Shown: positions 49,451 to 62,399, counted from the first letter of the whole stretch. The stretch: DNA of 62,399 nt, filler included, from Sphacelaria rigidula (GCA_964200075.2; 11 parts of 11 records of this genome joined end to end with filler, not necessarily neighbours in it); one strand, 5' to 3'. The notes: generated by a model not told the origin, from the sequence alone. Translations and numbers: made by a program.

Positions 49451-50277
49451 CGTTAATGGCCCGACATAAACCTCTGGAGAATTTCGGCCGGTGACATTCT
49501 GCCGACAGCTTCCCTCAACGAAAACAGGTCTTCGAACCGTTTATTTCGGCCTGGAAAACATCCCGCAGGTTCGCAAAACCTTACCAATGTAGGCATATGC
49601 TAGCGTGGCATTATTGCGGTGTTTGCTACGTTCAATTTATTTGCTCGTCAAAATGGCGTTGAATCTTCCGCCGATCAAGCACGAACTCGAACTGGAGGGC
49701 TCCAGCAGTAGGTGGTCATGTATCCTGCAGCAGCTGCGTCTACTCTCTGCCACACGCACAATTGCGCCGTTGTCTATGCGTGCATTTAGCCTGTACATAC
49801 GTCGTATATAAGACTATAGTACGAACGAACCCAACAAGTTACACTTTCGATACAAGAGGCGATCGAGGTGTTTTGCAGGAACAGTCGTTCAACGTTACAG
49901 GGTCAAAACCTCCATTTTTTTTACAAATTGAGGCAATAACAGGCGTTGTCATCTGTGTCCGTCGCGGACAAAGAGAAACACACAGTTGTTTGTCCAACAT
50001 AACAGTTTATCCTTCCACTCGACTGGAAACATTTCTCCGACCTTGTGCGAGCGTTTCTCGCGGAACAACCGCGACATTAACTTGAGCAATACGATAGGGG
50101 ATAAGGGCGCGGCGGGGATGATGCTGTAACCCCCCCACTACCACCACCTGTATTGTTGGGCAACTCGGAAAGAAAATATGTGAATTCACGGACAAATCAG
50201 CATGTAGTTTCTCGTTCGCCGCGAGATAGATGTCCACCCGATATGGGACCCTCGGTTTCCGGATGAGAGCAACGCTA

Positions 50278-50512
50278 CGGTAGGGGTGCACTTTTATCGC
50301 GAAATTATTTCTAGTTCAGGGGCTCCTAACGATTCTAGATGCCCAAAAATATGGATCAGGGCATCCCCATTTGCAAATCCATTCGGGATGTCCCCAGCAC
50401 ATTGGAGTAGTAATCCTGGCGTACTTTAACATATTTTCGTAGGTTGTGTTTGGCATGAGATAAAGGGCTCCTAAGAATTATGACCTCAGAAATTATTTGT
50501 GCACCCCTACCG
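50278..50512. mobile_element. 235-bp TA-TSD MITE (Tc1/mariner/pogo-type)
   Basis: TA|CGGTAGGGGTGCAC ... GTGCACCCCTACCG|TA. Confidence 0.8.
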
Positions 50513-51804
50513 TAGCATCACTCATGAACCTGCGTCAAGATGAAGGTGGAGGTCTAACTTCTCTTGACAATGCTTAGAGTTGCATCACCCCGGCAACGGT
50601 ATAGTGAAGATGAGCGGGTATAGCTCGCACCACTTTGAGAGACGATATATGTTTTCGTTCGAGATCAGTCAAGCTCGCCTTTTTTTGGAAAAAGCACTAC
50701 GGCAACAATTCTTGGACTGTGGAACCAGGTCCAGCCAACAAGAATTAGTACGGGATTTGACATATTTGGGATGGATTTTGTTTTGGGGATGAGCGAGGTC
50801 ACATTCATGCTGAAAGGTGAATACTATTCGCATTTTTTTTAAAGATATTTCGATGCTCATGGAGGTCCCCCTCATGGTTTGGAAACCATCCCCACCATCC
50901 TGGTGACGCACCCATGAGGCAGTGTATGAGCCGCGGCTGTCTCTAGAAGTGGCGATACCCCAGAATAGAGCAACTCACTGTTGGCTGTCATCCAAATGCA
51001 AGATAATCAGTAAGCTTCGGGCCGATCAATCTTAGCANNNNNNNNNNNNNNNNNNNNNNNNNNNNNNNNNNNNNNNNNNNNTTAATTAATTAANNNNNNN
51101 NNNNNNNNNNNNNNNNNNNNNNNNNNNNNNNNNNNNNCTCCTTTCTCCCCCCCCCCCCCCCCCCCCCAAACTAGCCCCAAGCTGTCACGAAGAAAATGAT
51201 CATAGGGCGAAAATTGGTTTCAGACTGCATAAAGCGCCTCATTGGGCGACATTAACGACAACGGTCGCAAGCGCGGGGGTCTCCAGCTTGTCGGTGTGCT
51301 CAGTATTCGTAATTTTGATTCGCATTTGTATTTTGCCATCTCAACCCCCCCCCCCATTTGGTCGCACGACTAAGGCAAGCAACCAATGAGTACCCCCCAC
51401 ACACACACATTTTTTTTGGAAGGGGGGCTATCGCGGCGGCATCACTCTATCGCATTTCCCCAGCCGCCAGCCAATCAGTGTCGGTGGAGCCGAGGGTTTG
51501 TTCACAAGGGTTCGGCTTCGTCGGTGTAGATCATAGAGGGAAGTGATGTGCTGCCAAAACTGCTCGTGCTGCTGGGCTTAGTACACGGAACAAAACTGTT
51601 CTGTGCTGTAGGTTCTACATGAAATACCGAAGCAGTTGTCTCCTTCCTCCCTCCGGCGACTAGAACAATCATGTATACCTGATCACGTATAATCCAGTTC
51701 GTGCTTTACTGCAACCCGGCCTCTAACAGCTGCATATGGTAAACTTATCTGCAATCAGGTTCTTCGTAGTGAAGAAAAAAAATCCCACGAAAGTCGGTCG
51801 CCCC

Positions 51805-52171
51805 GCCCCGGTGGCTCAGTTGGTAACCTCGGAACCTTCTGACGGTTGGGTCGTGGGTTCAAATCTCCGAGCGATCTGGGATTTTTTCTCACACCATGTC
51901 CAACAGTGGAGAGCGACTATTATGTCGTGGGTTCACAACATGCGACTCAACGGTCGACGAGGGAGAGGAACTGCCGTACCCCTCTCGCGATAAGAAGTAA
52001 AGACAAGCACCGCAGAAGAAAGGTGAAGTATCAAAAACAAACAAGAAACGAAAAGACTCCTGTGTTGACCTTCCTCCTGTGTGACCTCGGCTGACGCGCC
52101 CACATATAGCAAAAGATGTTGACCGGCGTCCAGAATAGATAGGACGACAACACACACACACACACACACAC
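51805..52171 (+). mobile_element. tRNA-derived SINE with (CA)n tail
   Basis: Head GCCCCGGTGGCTCAGTTGGTA with Pol III A box TGGCTCAGTTGG (51812) and B box GGTTCAAATC (51856) at tRNA-like spacing, but no closing acceptor stem. A body of about 280 bp ends in (CA)11-12. Confidence 0.8.
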
Positions 52172-52792
52172 CGTGGCAGGATTTATTTGTCCAGCTATAG
52201 TTTTATTCAGGGGCCATTCTCGAAACCTCGGAGCCAAGCGAATCGGAGGAGTGAGCTCAACTCCTCTCGGCGGGATGGTGCGAAGTGTCTAAGATACGCA
52301 CGTGTGGGGGCGATATTCCCTGTTTGGGGGCCAAAAACCGTGTCAAATGTCGCAAAAGCGGGAAACACGCCCCCTGAAAAATGTCAACCGTAAAAAATAG
52401 TCTTACTCCCAAAAATGAAATTGATTGATTGATTGATTGTCGCACTTCAACTGACCCCCCAGGGATCCAGCCGTGGTCATATGAAAACCCGTTCAAAATC
52501 AGGCAAAGGTAGAGGATCAGTGAGTTTCGGCAGCTGAGGTTTGTGGATGGGGGCGAATCGATACCACATACCATACGGAGGATACCATAAGCAGCTGTTA
52601 TCGACCGGGTTGCAGTCAAGTACGAATCGGATGTTATGTAGTCGGGTGAACATGATTGCATGATTGTTGTGGTCGCCGGAGGAAAAGAGGGGGAGTTGCT
52701 GTGGCCATTTAGGGAGAACCTACAGCACATGCAGTGCTTTTGAGGAGCAAAACTAAAATTGTAATGCGACGTCAATCAACGACATTGGCGTA

Positions 52793-53335
52793 CCGTAAGA
52801 GTGCGTGTTATCGCACCCTAGTGCGATCGCCCGATTGAATGTTTTGCTTCTTCGATTTTTTCCACACCCCCGTGCTCAATCAGGGCACCGTGCCAAATTG
52901 AGGATCCCCGTGCGAAAATCGAATTAAATCCCTTGCTTCTGCAGTTTGAAGAGGACACCCGTGCGATATCTCGTATCCGTGGGATACTGAGTTCCTGTGA
53001 CAACACAAACCGTGCTCCACTGGTGCCACTGCTGTGACAGGATAGCATTAATGTACCGGTTATACTGTAGCCGGAGATGCAAAACGCAAAAAAAAACGAT
53101 GCACCGTTTTCTGCGAATTTTGCAGAATTTTGTTTCACCGGTCCTCCCGCGGCAGCAGACGAAGTCGCGCCCGATATCGATTTAATCGAAATTATCGCAC
53201 CTCCGTGCGATTTCAAGGACCCCCGTGCGAAAATGCAATTAAATCACTTCGAACTCTATTTTTTGGCGCACTCCCGTGCCAAACCAAAGCACCGTGCCAA
53301 ATCGGGGTACCGTGCGATAACACGCACTCTTACGG
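52793..53335. mobile_element. 543-bp TA-TSD MITE (pogo/Tigger-like CCGT ends)
   Basis: Perfect 24-bp TIR CCGTAAGAGTGCGTGTTATCGCAC flanked by TA, with many internal CCGTGC motifs. Confidence 0.88.
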
Positions 53336-53379
53336 TACTATTTTCCAGTGCAGTGGACCTGGGGGTGTCTTTGGAATGA

Positions 53380-53510
53380 ATATGGGACATGTCATGTTTT
53401 ACTGTACGGAGGCACAAACACACTCACGCCCTCTCCCTCGTGCTGTAGCTGTCACAGTATTGTGGTGTGTTTAGACCTTGCGAAGGCGGTGTGGTCTCCG
53501 CTGAGATTGC
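53380..53510 (+). repeat. Dispersed, MITE-free partial monomer of the satellite in the last contig
   Basis: ATGGGAC.TGTC.TGT.T.ACTGTAC...GCACAAACACACTCAC...GTGCTGTAGCT.TCACAGT...GACCTTGCGA..GCGGTGTGGTCTCCGCTGAGATTG aligns with satellite units. Confidence 0.8.
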
Positions 53511-56500
53511 CTGAGTTGCTGCTGTACCGTCTGTAATCGTGTCCCGGTCGGTACAAAATTGCGCAGGTACCGTAGGTAAGGTAGGTACCCGGTACCGGTA
53601 TTTGGGACATCACATACCGTACCGATACCGGGATAATCCGGTATTTTCAAAACTCATACCTACGATACCTACGATACCACGGTATTTCGAGATTTCAATA
53701 CCTATCGCACCAGCTCAATCCAGTAGTATTTAGTGTAAAGCATTGTGAGATTGGGTAGAAATTGGGTTGGGAATTGACATTTTACAATCAAGAACAATTT
53801 CAAAGGTCGCTGGTGGGCCGAGGTACGCAGCTTACGTGGCAATGGTTTCCATACTACAGTACTGCTGCTACGCTGCTGCTGATTTTGCCGCTTGCCGCTG
53901 GTGTTTCGTTTGCGTATTTATCTGTGAGCGGTGATGTTGTGCGTGTACGTCTCGTGCCGTGTGCTGCGCGTGCGCTATGTATCGGCTCTCTCGTGCCCGT
54001 GTGGATTCAAACATAAATGGTGTTGGTTAGACCGGCGGGTCTGCACAAAGCGCATAGAGATGTGCAGTCAAATTGGTTCTATTTTTACAAGCAGGTTATC
54101 AAAACTTGCTATCTGCACACGCAAATATACGCCGGCCCGCGGCCGGCCGCCTTCCCCCGACGGTACCGAGACAGCATGCAGTATGTACATGCCTTTTCCA
54201 CGCCTGAATACAGGTACCCAGACAGCAAGCAGTGCGTACATGCAGTTTCCACGCCTGCGTACAGTATGGTGATACGCGTCAACTTTGGAGATGGTCACCA
54301 AATTTCGCACTTGGCGCAGACATATTTGTGTTGGGTGAGCCCGTTTCAGTACTCACTACAACGTCAGTCGTTCAACATCCACAGCATCACCAGCAGGTCT
54401 TCTACCAGTGCTCAACGATGTACGAGGTGCATAATCCTCTGCCTTCCAGGGTGAGTAATCTATTGTTATTGGATGAGCAGCACCTGAAATATAAAACCCC
54501 ATCGATACGTACACAGCCTGTAGGTACGGGAATGTGGAGAATTGGCAGTAGAGACAGATGAGATTTTCAGTCCTAGATGTTCCGCTGGTACTGTACTCCC
54601 TATACAGTGTAAATCATACCGCATCCACAGCATCAGGTTTTCTGCCACTGCTAAATAATGCACGTGGTATATACATGACCCTCTGAACGCCAGGGCGACT
54701 CATTTGTTGAATGGGCATCCTGTTCATCTGAAAATAATGTAATACTCAGACGACATGCCTGCCTGGCAGTCAGAGCATAACGAACAAAACAAGCAGGGGT
54801 GAGGATAACCCAGTTTCGAGCCCGGTACCTACCGGTTGTAGCCGGTGACGCCTGGAGGAGAAAATCGACGCGATACCATAAATATCCCATCTGCTATCGA
54901 AATTTCGCGATATCGATGAATGTTGCCACGATTTCCCCCCCCTCCAAAAACCAGCCCCAAAACTCACGAAGAACTGTTGTGGCCGCATAAAGCCGAAACA
55001 GTGCATGATAGCTGGTTTCAGACTGCATGATGGAGCGCCTCTCATGGGCGAGATTTGGCGGAAACGATTCCCCCAAAACGGTTTCGCAATAATCAACTAC
55101 TAATAATTCTGAATACTGTAGTTTGTTGCCGTGTCTCATCACATTGCTTTTCGATCGAAAATTTGCGGTGGAAAAGGATAATTCGATAATTCCCACCACT
55201 CTATTCCGAAATATAAGGGAGATTGGGAAACGCCAAAATACGAGGGAGATTTGGTAATTTTGCCCCGAGATCGGGTGTGCGACGTAAAAACACCCTCAAA
55301 CCGATGCAGCAGTGATTGAGGGACGGTCGACAAACAGTGTTTCCACACGGCCGAAGCTTGCTTGCTCGAGCAACCGAACTGCTGTGTGCGACTCGCTTGA
55401 TGTCATCATGGACTGTTGTTTTGAACAGGTGTATCGGTTGCGGTTCGACTACATGACGTGTTCTTTACATGTGTGACGGTTACATGCGGCGGGGTTGTGG
55501 TTGATGACTATTGAGTATAGTTCTTGTCGTGCGATGTTCTCACGGAAGGGTGGCCGCCCCACCTTTCCTCTCTCCTTGCTTGCACCAAGAAGACTTCACA
55601 GCCAGAAGCTCTGCAGTTAATACAACAACTGTCCAATCATCACCGAGTGTCTGATTCATCCAACATGGGCCAACTTGCCGCTGTTGCTGACATCGAGGAG
55701 CTCGTGCATCAAAGCGCGTCCCGCCCTCATTTTCGTTCAGATTATTTCTACTTACCTCCCAGGAGCGCCTCCAGCAACGGACATGGTGAACAGATTACAG
55801 GAAGATAGTTCACCGGAGATTTTATTGTTGATTTTATTGTTTCAGCTCTAAGTGCCTCTGCTTCGGATACTGCTGTGGGCACATGTTGGGTATCATGTTG
55901 AGGAAAAACCAGTTCTGACAGTCTCGCTGAATGACCCTGAAAACGAATCGTTGGGGAAAAAAAGTGCGGGAGTTATTGAGCAGTACATTCAAATATCCCT
56001 TTCATTCCGGAACATATAAGTATTTGTTACTTGTAGGTCGTGTTTTCAACTATCGCCATAGGTTTTGACATCACGACCTACCAGATCGGGATTTTTGTCT
56101 TCCACCGCACTTTTTCAATCGAAAAATGAATGCCAAGACACGGCCTAATAATGAGACCAATCATGATGAAGGAGTCAATCCGATCTTGGACCACATAATC
56201 TACAACAAAAGCAACACGAATGCCGACTTGATTCGCAACCCTATTCACACATAAAACCACACATTTCGTATCTCGTATTCCACAGTATATCGTGCGGTGC
56301 ATGATGTCGCACACGATGAATCGCGGGATACATCGCGTACGCCATGATATATCGTATTTCACTAGTTATAACAAACCCCAGATCAACTTTATCCAATTAT
56401 CCTCATGAACTGGGCCAACCTGAAAACCAATTGACGCTCTCTCAACCATATCCCATCGGCATATTGTCTTATTGATCGTCTCATCAAAGCAGCCGATTTT

Positions 56501-56818
56501 AAATCCTGGGGTTCAGCACTAAAATGGGGCTGAAGTGGCATTTCTCTATTGCAGGGAAGATACGAAAGAGTAACACAGAGCGAAAGTATCTTCCCCCCAA
56601 ACCTCCGCAGGAGGACTTGACCGTCAGACCGCGAGAGTAGGTCACCTGCTGAATCGGCATCAATATTCACTTGGAAAAAGTACACGTGGTCCAGATGGAC
56701 TACCAACACCGCGGTCCANNNNNNNNNNNNNNNNNNNNNNNNNNNNNNNNNNNNNNNNNNNNTTAATTAATTAANNNNNNNNNNNNNNNNNNNNNNNNNN
56801 NNNNNNNNNNNNNNNNNN

Positions 56819-59800
56819 CTCCGCGGAGATTGAGCGTACACACACCTGTCTTTATTGCAGCTTCAATTTACATGTGTTTGCGCGAAGGACGATCATGTCC
56901 GAACGTTCAACATCGGCACCCTGCAAACAGTGAGGGCCCGTTGAAGAGTCAGCCGAGCAACTGAAACATGGGGCGTGTCTTGTTTCCCTGTACTGCAGCA
57001 CGAACGCACCCACTCCCGCTCTCATGTGCTGTTGTCAACAGTCTTCGTTCGACAGCTTTAGGCAACGATCTATTTGCGCGAAGGACGATCATGTCCGAAC
57101 GTTCATCATCGGCACCCTGCAAACAGTGAGGGCCCGTTGAAAGTCAGCCGAGCAACTCAAACATGGGGCGTGTCTTGTCTCACTGTACTGCAGCACAAAC
57201 ACACGTACTTCCGCTCTCATGTGCTGTAGCTATCACAGTTCTGGGGTATGTTGAGACCTTGCCAGAACGGTTTGGTCTCCGCGGAGATTGAGCGTACACA
57301 CACCTGTCTTTATTGCAGCTTCAATTTACATGTGTTTGCGCGAAGGACGATCATGTCCGAACGTTCAACATTGGCACCCTGCAAGCAGGGAGGTCCGGTG
57401 AAGACTCAGCCGAAATACTAGAACATGGGGCGTGTCTTGTTTCCCTGTACTGCAGCACGAACACACCCACTCCCGCTCTCATGTGCTGTTGTCAACAGTC
57501 TTCGTTCGACAGCTTTAGGCAACGATTTATTTGCGCGAAGGACGATCATGTCCGAACGTTCAACATCGGCACCCTGCAAACAGTGAGGGCCCGTTGAAAG
57601 TCAGCCGAACAACTGAAAAATGGGACGTGTCTTGTCTCACCGTACTGCAGCACAAACACACTCACTTCCGCTCTCATGTGCTGTAGCTATCACAGTTCTG
57701 GGGTATGTTGAGACCTTGCCAGAACGGTTTGGTCTCCGCGGAGATTGAGCGTACACACACCTGTCTTTATTGCAGCTTCAATTTACATGTGTTTGCGCGA
57801 AGGACGATCATGTCCGAACGTTCAACATCGGCACCCTGCAAACAGTGAGGGCCCGTTGAAAGTCAGCCGAGCAACTGAAACATGGGGCGTGTCTTGTCTC
57901 GCCGTACTGCAGCACAAACACACTCACTTCCGCTCTCATGTGCTGTAGCTATCGCTGTTCTGGGGTGTATTTCGACCTTGCGACGACGGTGTGGTGCCGG
58001 CTAAGAGTGAGCATACACACAACCGTCTTTGTTTGACGGCCTTAGTTAACCATTCATTTGCGCGAAGGGCGATCATGTCCGAACGTTCAATATCGGCACC
58101 CTGCAAACAGTGAGGTCCCGTTGAAGGTCAGCCGAACAACTGGAACATGGGGCGTGTCTTGTCTCCCTGTACTGCAGCACAAACACACTCACTTCCGCTC
58201 TCATTTGCTGTTCACACGGGATCTTACGAATTGGGGATGGATATTTTAGTCGGGATAAGAACCCCGGAGATCTGAAATCTTCATATTCCCGCCAAATCTT
58301 CGAAATATGGTTCCATTTCCTCACCTACTGATACCTATTGACAACTGCTACACGCCACAGAAATTCGGATGTCCATCACCAAAGTGTCGGGGTCCTGGGG
58401 AAAAACCAATCTTGGGAATATCGGGTGTCCGAACGGACGCCAAAATGATTCCGGAATTGTGTATCGTTGTGGGACCCCAACACTTTGGTGATCGGAATCC
58501 GAATTTCTATGGCGTGTAGCAGCTGTCGATAGCTATCAGTCGGTGAAGAAACGGAACTATGTTTCGAAGATTTGGTGTGGATACGAAGATTTGAGTTTCC
58601 TGGGGTTCTCATTTCCAACAGAAGATCTATCCCCGATTTCTAAGATCGCGTGTTTGTAGCTATTACTGTTATGGGGTGTTTTTAGACCTTGCGACGACGG
58701 TTTGGTCCCCGCTGAGATCGAGCGTACAAACAACTGTCTTTGTTCGACAGCGTTAGTTGCCCATTTATTTGCGCGAAGGGCGATCATGTCCGAACGTTCA
58801 ACATCGGCACCCTGCACACAGTGAGGGCTCGTGAAGAGTCAGCCGAAATACTAAAACATGGGGCGTGTCTTGTCTCCCTGTACTGCAGCACGAACACACT
58901 CACTCCCGCTCTCATGTGCTGTTGTCAACAGTCTTCGTTCGACAGCTTCAGGTGACAATTTATTGCGCGAAGGGCGATCATGTCCGAACGTTCAACATCG
59001 GCGCCCTACAAACAGTGAGGGCCCGTTGGAAGTCAGCCGAACAACTAGAACATGGGACGTGTCTTGTCTCACTGTACTGCAGCACAAACACACTCACTTC
59101 AGCTGTCATGTGCTCTTAACACGGGATCTTACAAATTGGGGATGGATCTTTCATTGGGGATGAGAACCCCGGAGAATTGAAATCTTCGTATCCCCGCCGA
59201 ATCGTGCAAATATGGTTCCATTTCTTCACCTACTGATACCCATCGACAACTGCTACACGCCAAAGAAATTCGGATGTAGATCACCAGAGTGTTGGGGTCC
59301 TAGGGGAAAAACCAATCTTGCGAATATCGGGTGTCCGAACGGACGCCAAAATGGTTCCGGAAATATATACCGTTCTGGGACCCCAACACTTTGGTGATCG
59401 GAATCCGAATTTCTATGGCGTGTAGCAGTTGTCGATAGACATCAGTAGATGAAGAAATGGAACTATATTTCGAAGATTTGGTGTGGATACGAAGATTTGA
59501 GTTTTCCGGGGTTTTCATCCCCAACAAAAGATCCATCCCCCAATTTGTAAGATCGCGTGTTTGTAGCTATTACTGTTTTGGGGTGTATTTCGACCTTGCG
59601 AAGACGGTTTGGTCCCCGCTGAGATTGAGCGTACACACAACTGTCTTTGTTCGACAGCGTTAGGTAACCATTCATTTGCGCGAAGGGCGATCATGTCCGA
59701 ACCTTCACCATCGGCGCCCTGCATACAGTGAGGGCCCGTTGAAAGTCAGCCGATCCACTGAAACATGGGACGTGTCTTGTCTCACTGTACTGCAGCACAA

Positions 59801-62330
59801 ACACCCTCACTTCCGCTCTCATGTGCTGTTCACACGGGATCTTACAAATTGGGGATGGATCTTTTGTTGGGGATGAGAACCGCGGATATCTGAAATCTTC
59901 ATATTCCCGCCAAATCTTCGAAATATGGTTCCATTTCTTCACCTACTGATACCTATTGACAACTGCTACACACCACAGAAATTCGGATGTCCATCACCGA
60001 AGTGTCGGGGTCCTGGGGAAAAACCAATCTTGGGAATATCGAGTGTCCGAACGGACGCCAAAATGGTTCCGGAATTGTGTATCGTTGTGGGACCCCAACA
60101 CTTTGGTGATCGGAATCCGAATTTCTATGGCGTGTAGCAGCTGTCGATAGCTATCAGTCGGCGGAGAAATGGAACTATGTTTCGAAGATTTGGTGTGGAT
60201 ACGAAGATTTGAGTTTCCTGGGGTTCTTATTTCCAACAGAAGATCTATCCCCGATTTGTAAGATCGCGTGTTTGTAGCTATTACTGTTCTGGGGTGTTTT
60301 AAGACCTCGCGACGACGGTTTGATCCCCGCTGATATTGAGCGTACACACAACTGTCTTTGTTCGACGGCCTTAGTTAACCATTTATTTGCGCGAAGGGCA
60401 ATCATGTCCGAACGTTCAACATCGGCACCCTGCACACAGTGAGGGCTCGTGAAGAGTCAGCCGAACAACTAGAACATGGGACGTGTCTTGTTTCCCTGTA
60501 TTGCAGCACGAACACACCCACTCCCGCTCTCATGTGCTGTTGTCAACAGTCTTTGTTCGACAGCTTTAGGTGATGATTTATTTGCGCGAAGGGCGATCAT
60601 GTCCGAACGTTCAACATCGGCGCCCTGCAAATAGTGAGGGCCCGTTGAAAGTCAGCCGAACAATTAGAACATGGGACGTGTCTTGTCTCACTGTACTGCA
60701 GCACAAACACACTCACTTCCGCTCTCATGTGATGTTAACACGGGATCTTACAATTCGGGGATGGATCTTTCATTGGGGATGAAAACCCCGGAGAATTGAA
60801 ATCTTCGTATCCACGCCAAATCGTCGAAATATGGTTCCATTTCTTCACCTACTGATACCTATTGACAACTGCTACACGCCAAAGAAAACAGGATGTCCAT
60901 CACCAGAGTGTTGGGGTCCTAGGGGTAAAACCAATCTTGCGAATATCGGGTGTCCGAACGGACGCCAAAATGGTTCCGGAATTGTTTATCCTTCTGGGAC
61001 CCCAACACTTTAGTGATCGGAATCCGAATTTCTATGGCGTGTAGCAGTTGTCGATAGACATCAGTAGGTAGAGAAATGGAACTATGTTTCGAAGATTTGG
61101 TGTGGATACGAAGATTTGAGTTTTCCGGGGTTCTCATTCCCAACAAAAGGTCCATCCCCAATTTGTAAGATCGTGTGTTTATAGCTACTACTGTTATGGG
61201 GTGTATTTCGACCTTGCGAAGACGGTTTGGTCCCCGCTGAGATTGAGCGTACACACAACTGTCTTTGTTCGACAGCGTTAGTTACCTATTTATTTGCGCG
61301 AAGGGCGATCATGTCCGAACGTTCAACATCGGCGCCCCGCATACAGCGAGGTCCCGTTCAAAGTCCGCCGAACAAGTAGAACATGGGACGTGTCTCGTCT
61401 CACTGTACTGCAGCACAAACACACTCACTCCCGCTCTCATGTGCTGTCAACACGGGATCTTACGAATTGGGGATGGATCTTTTATTGGAGATAAGAACCC
61501 CGGAGATCTGAAATCTTCGTATCCCCGCCAAATCTTCGAAATATGGTTCCATTTCTTCACCTCCTGATACCTATTGACAACTGCTACACACCACAGAAAT
61601 TCGGATGTCCATCACCAAAGTGTCGGGGTCCTGGGGAAAAACCAATCTTGAGAATATCGGGTGTCCGAACGGACGCCAAAATGGTTTCGGAATTGTTTAT
61701 CGTTGTGGGACCCCAACACTTTGGTGATCGGAATCCGAATTTCTATGGCGTGTAGCAGCTGTCGATAGCTATCAGTCGGTGAAGAAATGGAACTATGTTT
61801 CGAAGATTTGGTGTGGATACGAAGATTTGAGTTTTCCGGGGTTCTCATTTCCAACAGAAGATCTATCCCCGATTTGTAAGATCGCGTGTTTGTAGCTATT
61901 ACTGTTCTGGGGTGTTTTTAGACCTTGCGACGACGGTTTGGTCCCCGCTGAGATCGAGCGTACACACAACTGTCTTTGTTCGACAGCGTTAGTTACCTAT
62001 TTATTTGCGCGAAGGGCGATCATGTCCGAACGTTCAACATCGGCGCCCTGCATACAGTGCGGGCTCGTTGAAAGTCAGCCGAACAAGTGAAACATGGGAC
62101 GTGCCTTGTCTTACTGTACTGCAGCACGAACACACTCACTCCCGCTCTCATGTGCTGTTAACACGGGCTCTCACAAATTGGGGATGGATCTTTTGTTGGG
62201 GATGAGAACCCCGGAGAATTGAAATCTCCGTATCCACACCACATCTTCGAAATATGGTTCCATAGCTTCACCTACGGATACCCTATGACAACTGCTACAC
62301 GCCATAGAAGTTCGGATGTCGATCACCAAA
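56819..62330. repeat. Complex satellite array: about 195-bp and 262-bp units, MITE-bearing units of about 711 bp, and a 1618-bp higher-order repeat
   Basis: The anchor GCGCGAAGG occurs at about 56880, 57076, 57338, 57533, 57794, 58060, 58771, 58965, 59678, 60389, 60585, 61296 and 62007. Equivalent ORF-track fragments recur at 58058/59676/61294 and 58307/59925/61543. Confidence 0.95.
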
Positions 62331-62399
62331 AAACAGCCGATTTTCGAAAATGGGGTTGAAAAAAAAAATGAGGTTCAACTCAAGAGCCGTGCTTTCCCT

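Noticed and set aside
51805..51880. Functional tRNA gene
   Set aside because: A and B boxes are present but the acceptor and anticodon stems do not close, and it is followed by a body and CA tail, so it is better explained as a SINE head.
55500..56718. Possible transposase or exon remnants
   Set aside because: Only a weak resemblance (DETINKTICRWD) with flanking stops, insufficient to call.
5584..56818. 5682-bp periodicity of TTAATTAATTAA and ORFs ending in XXXLIN
   Set aside because: Assembly linker between size-sorted contigs, not biological.
57313..62205. Recurrent short ORFs (MREGRSCPNVQ..., MVPFLHLLIP...) as a tandem gene family
   Set aside because: They are translations of satellite and MITE units with variable stops and frames, mostly non-ATG starts and no domain signal.

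Overview
Eukaryotic, repeat-rich, intron-containing DNA, most consistent with a brown alga (Phaeophyceae, inferred from short GT-AG exons in long repeat-filled introns and from the gene and repeat types). The window is not one locus. It is 11 unrelated contigs of 5583, 5582 (x6) and 5581 (x4) bp, sorted by size and joined by identical 100-bp spacers (N44-TTAATTAATTAA-N44), so no neighbourhood inference is valid across spacers. Recognisable gene pieces: three exons of a sorbitol/xylitol-dehydrogenase-like MDR enzyme, one SET1/Trithorax-type SET-domain exon, the first exon of a secreted right-handed beta-helix protein, a terminal exon with a UBZ-like zinc finger, and exons of unknown proteins. 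Mobile DNA dominates: two decayed LINEs (an APE-RT-CCHC element and an RTE-like element), a tRNA-derived SINE, a hAT transposase remnant, a possible Academ-type Cys-rich transposase tail, and at least eight MITE families with readable TIRs. The most interesting structures are (i) a satellite array that captured a palindromic ~442-bp MITE and re-amplified it as a 1618-bp higher-order repeat, with MITE-free units, a free MITE copy and a free monomer fragment all visible in the window, and (ii) a TGT...ACA (Ginger-like) MITE family carrying TTAGGG-like repeats. I found no CRISPR array, rRNA or intact tRNA gene, and no convincing novel multi-gene system.
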